64,000 nt of DNA from Octopus vulgaris (taxonomy: Eukaryota): contig OX597841.1 of the NCBI GenBank assembly GCA_951406725.2, positions 19,034,001 to 19,098,000 on the forward strand, in the 5' to 3' direction. How positions within the stretch are numbered: the stretch's first letter is position 1; each line of letters starts with the position of its first letter. Below, one piece after another: positions 1-12,540 of this stretch. A program made the position numbers and the translations under genes. The notes under the pieces were generated by a model. That model was not told the DNA's origin, ran no database searches, and saw only the letters and a list, made by a program, of their open reading frames with translations.

Positions 1-628
1 CCCAACACACACAGAACCCCTGATAAATACAACACACACATATATGCACCCTCACACACACACACACCTCTACCAGGAGAATTATAACAGCACAAACATA
101 CTCAGACACACACACTCACGTAGATACACACACTCACGTACACACTCACGTACATACACATTACATCCCCACAACATAAAACACACAAACATACACACGC
201 ACACACACAGGCGCACACATACACACACATGCCACACACAACACCTTGACAAATTCTAATCACACGCATGCACATACACACAGACGTGTCCACATATACA
301 CACACACCATTCTACCAAATATAAAACACAAGCACATGTATATATATACACACACATAGAGACATGCACAGAGAGACACACACACTCACACCATTCTGAC
401 CTCTAAGACCAGTCCCAAAAATCCTGACTAGCCCAGAAACAAGAAATCCTCTTGGTTCCACATTGCTCTTCCTTCCCTACCACAACCAACCTCCCACACT
501 GTCCCTTAAAATAGCAAAAATTCCTTAGCTACACACAAAATAAAATGCCAGAAAGACAGATCAGTTATTCCTCTACAATTCTTTTGTAAATATATCTCCT
601 TCTGTGTATATATACACAGAAGGAGATA

Positions 629-660
<32 letters not shown>

Positions 661-740
661 CTACCAAACAAACATCATTTTAGGCGTTCAGGCGAGTATA
701 CGGGCATTGATGTGGCAACATTTGAAATATTGCCTAGGTA

Positions 741-813
741 AATGCAGCTGATGAAGACTAATCAAATTTACGTTGTCAAACGTATTTGAAGAGTCTGAAA
801 CCGGTCCTGCATT
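741..813 (+). ncRNA. Type I hammerhead ribozyme, canonical core, extended stem II
   Basis: Stem I AATGCAG(741-747)/CTGCATT(807-813); CTGATGA 748-754; stem II AGACT/AGTCT enclosing a TACGTT/AACGTA hairpin; GAAA 797-800; palindromic CCGG; GTC cleavage triplet ending 806. Confidence 0.9.
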
Positions 814-1203
814 ATCCGATTCTAGGTTGTTCATTTATCGAATGTTCTTTCTAGAGGTAAGACAAATTTTTCATGTTTGTTGCACACACGCGTCTCTGCT
901 AGTAAAAAGGCAGTGAAGCTATACAATAGCGTCGTATTCATATCGATTGCTATTTTCCAGTAAATATTGGTGCCTTGTTGTACCATTTATCTACTTTTAT
1001 ATATATAATTCTACCCTTTTGGGGCTTTATTTTACTGCAAAGTAATACATTTGTATTGCATTATTATTTTCATCTTATATTTATATTATTTATATTTATA
1101 TTATTATGTATATGTATATGTGTATATATATAAGGATATGAGTATATATGCACTCATATTTATATTTATATGTAAATGATTTTTGGGTATGTACTCATAC
1201 TTA

Positions 1204-1320
1204 CATTAGAATCTCCGAAGAGGCAGTAAGATATTTTTGTTAATGTCTCATTTATACCTGCAATATAGGTTAAATGAGACATACCTATCTGCATGGCCGA
1301 AACAGCTGTCAGTTATAATG
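1204..1320 (+). ncRNA. Type I hammerhead-like motif, CCGAAGA core, long stem II
   Basis: CCGAAGA 1215-1221; GGC/GCC stem II base enclosing TGTCTCATTTA/TAAATGAGACA; GAAA 1299-1302; CAGCTG palindrome; GTC ending 1310; imperfect stem I CATTAGAATCT/AGTTATAATG. Confidence 0.7.
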
Positions 1321-1501
1321 TATATGTATTTTTATATCTTGTTATATTTATTTAGTTATATCTCATTATATTGTTTGTAATAGTTGTACTGTATTAATGT
1401 CTAATCTTAATGCTCTTGTGTAGTGTTTTAATAAAGTATATGATTCGGTATTATCTGATAGTTGATGAATGATTTAGATATATTTCTCCATTTTCTTATT
1501 T

Positions 1502-1572
<71 letters not shown>

Positions 1573-1616
1573 ATTCGTAAGTATGTGTGTGTGTGTACAC
1601 ATTCTTTTCTCTCATT

Positions 1617-1654
1617 CTTTTCTGTAGAAGAGCGTAGGCTCGAAACGTTAAAGG
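1617..1654 (+). ncRNA. Minimal hammerhead motif (GAGC-stem family, CTGTAGA core)
   Basis: CTTTT-CTGTAGA-A-GAGC GTAG GCTC-GAAA-C-GTT-AAAGG; homologous to copies at 9291, 13478, 37388 and 63079. Confidence 0.7.
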
Positions 1655-1840
1655 CTTTTTCAATTTTTCTCTGACCGTCAAACCTTATGTACTGTTCCCT
1701 CAACTGTCACCGTCTCTGTTTACCGTATTTTCATTGAATTTTAGATTACACACACATATACATATGTATACATGCACACACACACACACACGCGCGCACA
1801 CGCACAGACACATTCAATATTTTCTCTGTTTATCTTGCAG

Positions 1841-1972
1841 TGGTTTCCTTATACTATGAATCCTCGGAGTACTTAGAGGAAATTCCTGGAACCATGGATC
1901 ACGTGACAACGTATTTTGGATTACATGACTGCTTTATGGATTATTGGCCAAAAAATTTCTCTCTCACGCTCC
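1841..1972 (+). CDS. Candidate isolated 132-bp coding exon, product unknown
   Basis: Polypyrimidine acceptor tttctctgtttatcttgcAG ending 1840, donor GTATGT at 1973, phase 1-1, single open frame VSLYYESSEYLEEIPGTMDHVTTYFGLHDCFMDYWPKNFSLTL; no recognised homolog. Confidence 0.3.
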
Positions 1973-1985
1973 GTATGTATGTGTG

Positions 1986-2050
<65 letters not shown>

Positions 2051-3343
2051 TTTTTTTCAGCAATATAAATGGTTCCTATCGAAATTTCTCCGAGAAGCTC
2101 TTTTGATAACCGAAACCATCCGTATCTTATGCAAAAATGAAAAAGTTAAATAAACTATGTAACCGCTGTTCAATCGCTTTTTCCTCGTCAAATTTTTGCC
2201 TTCACTATGTGTGTATGTGTGTGTAGATAAACGTTGCTAGGTGTAGATAGGGTTGACTCTCTGGTTAAGAATCGTATGGTTTCAGTTCGATCTAACTGGT
2301 CAGTACCTTTCTGGAGCCAGTGGTGGTCAATACCCTCCTGGTTTTGATGTGCAGGCTGTGTATCTCATTGAGTGTCCAGTACAATATCCCAAATGTTGGC
2401 TCTATCTCTGGTACCGCAAAACCATTGTCAAATATGGTCTTGCTAAATGCAGACGGCTCTGAGTTCTATATCTTCTGCAATCTACAGAAATACGCATTAG
2501 TTATTCTGTTTTTAGTCACATCACCAATGCATTCCGAAGTTCTTGTAGCTTGTACGTAAGCATTTATGTATGTATGTGTGTATGTATGTATGTATGTGTG
2601 TATGTATGTATCTATGTATGTATGTATGTATTTATGTATGTATGTATGTATGTATGTATGTATGTATGTATGTTTGTATGTATGTATGTGTGTATGTATG
2701 TATGTATGTATGTATGTATGTATGTATGTATGTATGTATGTATGAAATAAAGAAATAGCTTTCTAACAAAAACTAAAGATTGTCAAAATATAATAATGGC
2801 GCAAAATGAGCAGCAGTCAAAGTTTACCATAAACCTTACTACAAATTTCGTTCTTGACGACCTAACATTACTCAGTTTTGCACCATTAATGATAAGACTG
2901 AGAACTTGCCATGTTGGCGGTGTCTGCGAAAGCTGCGGAGAATATAGGGCCGGAGCCAACAAAACGATAGAGAGTGGACATATAAAATGGAATAAATGTA
3001 ATTTAAGAAGATGGACCAAGACGAAACAAACCAGAAACTAGCAAAAACTAGCCTTGGAGCCAAAAGACAAGAATGGTCGGTAAGGCTTCGAAGGAATCCT
3101 AAAGGATTGGAAAACAACAAACAGCAAGTCAGCGGGACACAGGAAATCCAGGACCGGTCAACTATGCAAGTGGTGTGGAAAAGGGAGAAAAAGAAGGGTT
3201 GTCCGCGGGTCACGTGTCAGCAACAGGCAGATGGAAAAGAGAGCAAGAGAGAGAGAACAAGGGGAGGGATGAAGGGGAAAGGAGAAAGGCTAGAAAGAGA
3301 GTAGCACAGATAGATAAAAACCGGGGTGCGTTGTGTTATATAT

Positions 3344-3448
<105 letters not shown>

Positions 3449-3452
3449 GTAC

Positions 3453-3484
<32 letters not shown>

Positions 3485-4194
3485 GTGCCATATGTGTATT
3501 ATATCTAGTGTGTGACTTCCTCTTGTAAAGAAAGCAGTGTATGACTTAAGGCTTCTTTTGCTACCATTTCTAGCGAATCCAGTTACCGCGTGAGGGTCTC
3601 TCCTTCGGCTGTTATGTAATTGCTACATTAAGTTTCTTTCGGTACGGAGGAGATACCACAATTTTCCAGGGAGGTAACTGTGGCGTGGTGGTCTGCTATC
3701 TACCTTTGTATTTAGATGTGGTTACTTCCCTTACGTTGCTTGCGAGTTATGATGCTTCCTTGACTGTGTTTCGCATATTTTCCGATATACGGAGCACCCG
3801 ACAATAAACCGCCATGACAGCTTCCCAGAAACCGCGTTACAGAAGTATATCAGCACATAAATATCTTGCCATAACGTGGGTCTCCGCCACGCGAAGACAT
3901 AAATGATTTAAAACTTTTCATCATTGAAGTAAATCGTGAGTGGTTTCACGTTGCGGATTTCAAGTTGAGGCAATTATATTATTGACGCAATGATTCCGTA
4001 ACGCAGGGTTCAAGCTGTGTTTTGTAACATCTGTCACGCACAGATGAGTCCTGTTGATCTGAGTTCCAACCAGTTTTCAATGCGCATGCGTCCTGCAAGT
4101 GACGTCAGACTATCCCGCAGTAAACACGTGACGGTTGGTCATATTGTTTTGTGGTTGAGTGGACAACGGAAATATGAAACGGAGAGAGAAGCAG

Positions 4195-4447
4195 AGCGTG
4201 TGACACGATGAGAGGGAGAGAGAGAGAGAGCGTGACACGTTGAGAGGGAGAGAGAGAGAGAGAGAGCGTGTGACACGGTGAGAGAGAGAGAGAGAGAGAG
4301 AGCGTGTGACACGGTGAGAAGAAGAGAGAGAGAGAGAGAGCGTGTGACACGGTGAGAGGGAGAGAGAGAGAGAGAGAGAGAGAAAGAAAGAGAGAGAGAG
4401 CGTGTGATACGGTGAGAGGGAGAGAGAGAGAGAGCGTGACACGTTGA

Positions 4448-4478
<31 letters not shown>

Positions 4479-5005
4479 CGTGTGACACGGTGAGAGAGAG
4501 AGAGAGAGCGTGTGACACGGTGAGAAGAAGAGAGAGAGAGAGCGTGTGACACGGTGACAGGGAGAGAGAGAGAGCGTGTGACACGGTGAGAGGGAGAGAG
4601 AGAGAGAGTATGGCATAGTATGTGTGGAAGAGTGTTTGTGACACGGTGAGAGGGAGAGAGAGAGAGAGAGAGAGAGTGTGTATGGCACAGTATGTGTGGA
4701 AGAGTATGTGTGACACGGTGCGTGACGCAGTCCGTGACAATATGTATTGCACAGAGTGTGTGACACAAGCTGTAACAATGTTTTATGACAGAATATGTGG
4801 AATAATGTGTGACATAATGTGATACACAGTGTGTCTCAGTCTGACACACAGTGTGTGATATTTTGGGGAATTGTGTGTGACACGGAGTGCATAACAGTGT
4901 GTGTGTGGAGCAATGTATGATGCAATGTGTGTGATACAGTGTGCGGCACAATGTGTAACGCACCATATGTAACAAGGTGTGTGTGACACAGAGTCCGTGA
5001 CACAA
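4195..5005. repeat. Composite minisatellite: GTGTGACAC(GG) core with (GA)n spacers
   Basis: gagcgtgtgacacggtgaga recurs with variable (GA)n spacers and decays to the right. Confidence 0.85.
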
Positions 5006-5514
5006 TGACTGATGTGTGACGCATTGTGACTGATGAATCGTGCGGTACTCCGTCTTGAGAGAGTCACTGGTCTTGACCCCATCCCCCCACCCCCAACTGA
5101 GCACCACCACCGACGAGAATATCAAAAAGGTCCAGCCCCTTCCGAGGACAGCTGGAACGGAAACAGGTGAGCCAGATTGTCGGCAGAACAAGTTCCAGCG
5201 GGTCGAACATGTTGGAATTGTTGAGGGACATCGAAAAGGTTGAAAGAAACCGTATAGAATTGTGGCTCTGTCCGGGGACAGTGGCGGGATAACAATGGTA
5301 GGGAATTTGGGTGGACACGGAAGAAAAGGGTGCAATCGAGGCGAAGTATGGAAGCCGTGGGAGAGCATCCATGACGGGCGATGAGAGAGAGAGAGAAAGA
5401 CAGACAGACAGACAGAAGCAGATGGACAGAGAAATGGGGGTGGTTAGTGAAAAAGAGAGAAAGGGAAATGAGAAAGAGGGACACATGGAAGGTGCAGGGA
5501 ATGGGGCGAGAGAA

Positions 5515-5885
<371 letters not shown>

Positions 5886-6523
5886 AGAAACAATAAAAGG
5901 GACATAACCAAGGATCACCTCCAAGTGGTTATAGAGTGTGTTGAAAGAGTTACTTCCCTGGAAACGTAGACTCGTTTTCTGCGTTTGGTGAACGTTTCAT
6001 TCTTTGATCGCCTCCCTCTCTCTCTCACTCATTCTTTGTCTCTCTTTCTTTCCTCTCTCTTCTCTCTCTCTCTCTCTCTCATTGTCTCTCTCTATCTTCA
6101 CTTACGCATGCACTATCACAAACACCAAACCACTCGCCACCACTACCACCGTAACCATCAGCGTCATGGCCACTACCACCATCACAACAACCGCAACCAC
6201 ATCACAGAAACCACCACCACCACCACCACCACCACCACTGCTACCACCACCACCACCACCACTGTATCACTGCTACAACAACGACCGAACCACATTACCA
6301 TGCCAACACTATATTACCTTGTAACACTACCACCGCAACCACCGCCACCGCCACCGCCGCCGCCACCGCCGCCGCCGCCGCAGCCACTTCTGCAGCACCT
6401 GACACAGCCTCTACTACAACAGCAGCTGTAGCACCTCCAAACCTTTTAACACACTTCCACCACAACAACACAAATAAAAAAAACCATAGACACCACCGCC
6501 GCATCGTTACTACCACCACCACC

Positions 6524-6560
<37 letters not shown>

Positions 6561-6584
6561 GCGCCAGCAACAACTGAAACGTCA

Positions 6585-7182
6585 ACAACTACTACTACTA
6601 TTACTACTACAACTACTATTACTACTACTACTACTATTACTACTAATACTACTATTACTACTACTACTACTATTACTACTACTACTACTATTACTACTAC
6701 TACTACTATTACTACTACTACTACTACTATTACTACTACTACTACTATTACTACTACTACTACTATTACTACTACTACTAATAGTATTACTACTACTACT
6801 ACTACTACTATTACTACTAATACTACTATTACTACCACTACTACTGTTACTACTACTACTACTACTATTACTACTACTACTACTGTTACTACTACTACTA
6901 CTATTACTACTACTACTAATAGTATTACTACTACTACTACTACTACTATTACTACTAATACTACTATTACTACCACTACTACTATTACTACTACTACTAC
7001 TACTATTACTACTACTACTACTATTACTACTACTACTACTATTACTACTACTACTAATAGTATTACTACTACTACTACTACTACTATTACTACTAATACT
7101 ACTATTACTACCACTACTACTGTTACTACTACTACCACTACTACAACAACTACTGTTACTACTGCTGCTGCTGCTACTACTA
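6585..7182. repeat. (ACT)n trinucleotide array with periodic ATT variants
   Basis: Direct reading; source of the spurious poly-V and poly-S ORFs. Confidence 0.95.
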
Positions 7183-7669
7183 GCAACATCATCAGAAGTC
7201 GCACCATCGTCGATAACAACAGCAGCAACAACAGCAAGAAGACTGTGCAATCAACCCCCGTCGCCCCACCCCCGTCGCCCCGCAAGCATCACACCTCTCA
7301 GATCAATAACCAATCAATTGCGCAAAAAGCAATTAAACGCCAGCCATCATTATTGTATTGATCCGTTACATCTTGATTGATTTGGGAAGAGGATGTAACC
7401 TGATGGCGTGAGTACATATGATGCAGAGCACACTTTGGGCACACACACACACTAGGATGTATATGTGTGTGTGCGTGTGTGTGTATGCGTGTATGTTTGC
7501 ACATACATACATGCATACATACGCACATAAGTGTGTGTATATACATTTATGTACATATGCTTACATATGCATGATTACTTATGCATGTGAGTATGTATGT
7601 GTGTGTGTATGTATACATGTATGTATATATGTATATATGTATGTATATGTATATATATATATACATATA

Positions 7670-7712
<43 letters not shown>

Positions 7713-7812
7713 ACATATATACATACATGTATATATATATACATACATTTATGTATATATATATATATATGTATATATGTATATATACATATATGAATAT
7801 ATGTGTGTGTAC

Positions 7813-7844
<32 letters not shown>

Positions 7845-8120
7845 GTGTATGTATGTTTGTGTGTGTATGTGTGTGCTGTGTGTGTATGTATGTATGTCAA
7901 AGCTGGAAAAAATTTTGGAATTGTTTATTCACCATTACACATGTTTCATTGTGTAATAGGAGTTACAAAAACTGTGCAAATATGTAAGATATTCCCTTTT
8001 CAGAAAGAGAATCTCTGACAGGAGACATCATGTGTTTTCCTGCATATGTGACTCCTATCAGCAAATGGAACATGTGTAATGCTCAATAAACAATACCAGT
8101 TTTTTTTTTTTGACATATAA

Positions 8121-8458
8121 TCTATATATATAAAGATGAAGTTATCTGTGTATGGCAGGTTTGGTAGCCTTCAACTAACACCTCACCAACAACAACACTG
8201 AACATCTTTTTGATCTCCATGTGTCTAACACACGTGGACATGCCTACAAAGTCAGAAAACAGCACAGCTCCCATGACTTTCGGAAACATTTTTTCACGCT
8301 CAGGTTTGCTGAAGCGTGGAATAAACTGCCTGCATCAGTTGTTGACTGCCATGACACTGCATCCTTTAAGGCCCTCATGCTTCCCGAAATCCGTCGAAAC
8401 TACACCTGATTATATATACACTTTAGATGAGTTGTAGTGCACCTGAGCACTGTACACA

Positions 8459-8491
<33 letters not shown>

Positions 8492-8830
8492 ACACTAACT
8501 CCTCTGAAACCCTATGGCGCAAGTTGACCAAAATTGAGAGTATGACAGAAGAAGGCTTGCTCTTCATTCCGTAGAAGAAAAAATTTAAATTGGACTATGT
8601 TAACACCAAAAATTATTTACACCAAAAAGGTGCTTTTTTACTATGAAAATCCCTATTTTTTACGACATTTTGACTGCTGTGTCACCATTTTTCGGTATAT
8701 TTCAACCAGAAAAATGTTCACTTAAAGAGAATAACAAGCTACATAATGCATAATTTTTACGTTTCAAAAATTCCAATTCCAAAGGGTCGAAAAGAAAAGA
8801 AACCTGAGCAACGCCGGGCTATACTGCTAG
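8121..8830 (+). mobile_element. Non-autonomous Helitron, interrupted by a CR1 fragment
   Basis: 5' A|TCTATATATATAAA, subterminal GC hairpin CCTGAGCAACGCCGGG, 3' CTAG|T, no TSD; second copy at 25062-25450. Confidence 0.85.
8182..8489 (+). mobile_element. 5'-truncated CR1-clade LINE 3' end with (ATT)n tail
   Basis: Translates NTRGHAYK...FFTLRFAEAWNKLP (CR1 ORF2 C-terminal motifs); 3' stem-loop; TSD TAACAC at 8176-8181 and 8490-8495. Confidence 0.85.
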
Positions 8831-9151
8831 TTACTTTATAAAGAAGATTTTTTTCCAGTATTTTTCAATGTTCATGCAAACCTCACAGAAATATAACATC
8901 TACTCACAATTTTCGAGGACTGGAATAGGCAGATGTGGTTCAAGATGACACAGCTTGGGTTTATAAACCCATCTGTATAATATAGGAATGAATATTTAAG
9001 CAAAGGGGAAAGGGAAGAGGATGGGTGCATCAACTCAACCCCACATTTTTACAAACATCGAGAATTCGCTTCTCTAAAAATCTTGTCGCTTTCTTAGCAA
9101 CCGGTTTGAACTCTCTCATGGAAGACCTTAAATGAAATACAAAGAAAAACC

Positions 9152-9203
<52 letters not shown>

Positions 9204-9290
9204 ATGTATGTATGTATATTTTGAGAACGCCATGTTGGATTGTTAGCCCCTGCACGCAATTTTTTTATCTCCTTGTTTCTTTTCTGTGTA

Positions 9291-9328
9291 TCTTTCTGTC
9301 GAAGAGCGTAGGCTCGAAACGTAAAAGA
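9291..9328 (+). ncRNA. Minimal hammerhead motif (GAGC-stem family, CTGTCGA core)
   Basis: TCTTT-CTGTCGA-A-GAGC GTAG GCTC-GAAA-C-GTA-AAAGA, inside a ~200-bp element (9220-9426) ending in (TA)n. Confidence 0.75.
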
Positions 9329-9424
9329 CTTTTTCTATTTCTATTCCTGAGCGCCATACTAATACATTTGTTTGTTTGTACTCCACCTGCCTTCGTCTTT
9401 TGTTTATATTCATAAACCTTCCCG

Positions 9425-9496
<72 letters not shown>

Positions 9497-9707
9497 AGAA
9501 ATATTAAAATTACTAAGTCTCTATAAAAGAGATTACGACAGCGTTTACTGGAAATTAATTGTTATCGCCATATTAATATGGCATTCTTATAGATATAAGA
9601 ATAATCTTTTCTATTATTGAAAACAAGTGGATGTATTCCACTGAAACTAGGTAAATATAAGCCTTCGAACAGAGACATCAGTGGCGACACCTGCGGGGTC
9701 TGACTGC

Positions 9708-9749
9708 GCTACATTGACAAGGGACAATACCCCGAAATGCGTCTGTAGC
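9708..9749 (+). ncRNA. Type I hammerhead ribozyme with U3-A8 core
   Basis: Stem I GCTACA/TGTAGC (extends via GTCTGAC/GTCGGAC); core TTGACAA 9714-9720; GGG/CCC stem II; GAAA 9734-9737; TGC-GTC. Confidence 0.8.
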
Positions 9750-9947
9750 TGTCGGACTGGCAGTGTGAAGCGGCTGACCTCCCTTGTTCGAAGGTTATAA
9801 TGGATACAGATCGTGTATCAATAGCTATCTTAAGGCGGTGGCCTCATGGAGCTGACCAGCAGCAGCGATTATTCTTATATCTATAAGAATGCCATATTAA
9901 TATGGCGATAACAATTAATATATACATACATGTATATATATATAATA

Positions 9948-10503
9948 TCATCATCATCATCATCATTTAGCGTCCGTTTTCCATGCTATCAGGGGTTGGA
10001 CGGTTTAACTGGGGTCTGTGAAGCCGGAAGGCTTTATCAGGCCCAGTCTGATCTGGCAGTGTTTCTACAGCTGGATGCCCTTCCTAACGCCAACCACTCC
10101 GTGAGTGTAGTGGGTGCTTTTTACGTGCCACCTGCACAGGTGCCAGACAGAGCTGGCAAACGGCCACGAACGGATGGTGTTTTTTTCGTGCTACCGGCAC
10201 GGGGGCCAGGCGAGGCTGGCAACGGACATGAGCGGATGGTGCTTTTACGTGCTACCGGCATGGGGGCCAGGCGAGGCTGGCAACGGACACGAACGGATGG
10301 TGCTTTTACGTGCTACCGGCACGGGGCCCAGGCGAGGCTGGCAACGGACACGAACGGATGGTGCTTTTACGTGCTACCAGCACGGGGGCCAGGCGAGGCT
10401 GGCAAAGGACACGAACGGATGGTGCTTTTACGTGCTACCGGCACGGGGGCCAGGCGAGGCTGGCAACGGACACGAGCGGATGATGCTTTTACGTGCCAAC
10501 GGC
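9948..10503 (-). mobile_element. SINE-like repeat with (ATG)n tail and internal ~61-bp tandem array
   Basis: Homologous to 11270-11735 and 37870-38140 (shared GAAGGGCATCCAGCTGTAGAAAC block); about six units of ~61 bp at 10113-10503. Confidence 0.75.
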
Positions 10504-10522
10504 AATATATATATAAGTGTGT

Positions 10523-10811
10523 GTGAAGGCATGTGGCTTAGTGGTTCAGGCATTCTGCTCACACTCATAAGGTCAGGAGTTCAATTCCTGGTGATGTGTT
10601 GCGTCTTTAAGCAAGACACTTTATTTCACATTGCTCCAGTCCACTCTTAGCTGGCAAAAATTAGTTGGACCTGTATTTCAAAGGGTCGGCTTGTCACATT
10701 TTGTGTCACACTGAACATCCCTGAGAACTACGTCGAGGGTACACATGTCTGTTCCATTCGGTTCCATTGATCGTATCACCTGGGGCCCTCATCGTCATAA
10801 CCGACCGAGTG

Positions 10812-10815
<4 letters not shown>
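10523..10815 (+). mobile_element. tRNA-derived SINE, family B-related
   Basis: A box TGGCTTAGTGG, B box GAGTTCAATTCC; body shared with 39045-40005, 40139-40524 and 46182-46568. Confidence 0.75.
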
Positions 10816-10859
<44 letters not shown>

Positions 10860-10862
10860 AAC

Positions 10863-11268
10863 AGGCTTGGTTGTGTGGTAAGAAGCTTGCTTCTCAACCA
10901 CATGATTCTGGGTTTTGGCACCTTGGGAAAGGGTCTTCTATTATAAGCTCGGGCCAACCAAAGCCTTGTGAATGGATTTGATAGATGGAAATTGAAAGAA
11001 GCTCATCTTATATGTATGTATATTTATATGTGTGTATACTTTTATTTGTGTTTGTCTCCCACCATCACTTAACAACCAGTGCTGGTATATTTACATCCCT
11101 GTAACTTAGCAGTTTAGCAAAAGAGATCGACAGAATAAGAACCAGGCATGCAAAGACAAAGAAAAAAAAAAAAAACAACTACTGGGTCGATTCATTCGAC
11201 TAAAATTTCTTGAAGGAGGTGCCCCAGCATGGCCGCAGTCTAATAACTGAACTTGTAAAATATAAAAG
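10863..11268 (+). mobile_element. tRNA-derived SINE, family A (diverged)
   Basis: Homology to 13966-14390. Confidence 0.75.
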
Positions 11269-11269
11269 A

Positions 11270-11735
11270 TCATCATCATCATCATCATCATCATTTAACG
11301 TCCGTTTTCCATGCTAGCATGGGTTGGACGTTTCGACTGGGGTCTGGGAAGCCAGAAGGCTGCACCAGGCTCCAGTCTTGATCTGGCAGTGTTTCTACAG
11401 CTGGATGCCCTTCCTAATGCCAACCACTCTGAGAGTGTAATGGGTGCTTTTTATGTGCCACCGGCATGGGTGCCAGAGGAGGCTGGCAATGGCTATGATC
11501 GGATGGTGCTTATTACGTGCCACCGGCACAGGTATCACAACTACAATTTCCATTTGGTATTTATTTTGATATTGATTTTGATATTGATGTACTTGACACA
11601 GAAGGTCTCCTCAAGCACAGCAGGTCAAGTGCCACCGGCACAGAAGCCAGTCAGGGCAGCGCTGGCATCGGCCACGCTCGGATGGTGCTTTTTACATGCC
11701 ACCAGCACAGGTATCACAACTACTATTTCCATTCG
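11270..11735 (-). mobile_element. SINE-like repeat with (ATG)n tail
   Basis: Homology to 9948-10503. Confidence 0.75.
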
Positions 11736-12349
11736 ATATATAGAGCGATTAGCGCGCATCACTTTCGAAAGCTTTATTTCTTGTTTGTTGCTTGGATATT
11801 TGCTGGTCAAAGGGGACGTTTACTTTGAGATGTTTGCTCTGCCACAGCAGCCAAAAGACTCCAATTCATCAGGGGCTGCTTCTCAATGGGAGTTATTTTA
11901 CAGCAATCCACTTGAGAGCACAAGGACGCCCATCGGATAGACCCAAGATGATCGGAACGAGAAACAGTTGACTCTTTTCCCTTTGCTTAGGGAATTGCCC
12001 AGTCGCCCTGTTAGGCGTGGCAAGACAGAGCCCAAGGTCTTGTGTAATCTGATGCTAAGTCCACCTTCAGATTGACCCAGAAAACGTCCTCTTTGCTTCT
12101 GGTGTTCGCGGCATGACTAGTTGCTATAAACAATGAACATGCTGCGATCAATAACACGTTAACGAGTTTCAAGTACCAGGTCCTGTCTGTACAGGTAAAA
12201 CGATAAAACTCAAAGAATTTGTTAGCCTTTCAGATGTCTGTGTGAATGCGTACATTATACATGCATATACATACATACATGTATGTATATATATATATAT
12301 ATATATAGCATATATATACACACACACACGCATATATATATATATATGC

Positions 12350-12422
<73 letters not shown>

Positions 12423-12540
12423 GGTATATATAAATATATATATATATGTATATATATATATTTATATACCGGAGTAAACACATAAATGTGAAACAAGGTG
12501 GAAAAAAGAGTACTCAAATGCCAGGGGTAGAGTAATATGA

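Noticed and set aside
2071-2128. GGT...ACC-GAAAC..GTA hammerhead-like 3' half
   Set aside because: There is no CTGANGA box and no stem I; at best a relic.
2780-3310. Non-repetitive ORFs at 2783-3304 and similar ones at 5040-5330
   Set aside because: No recognisable motif or splice pattern; possibly old LINE debris.
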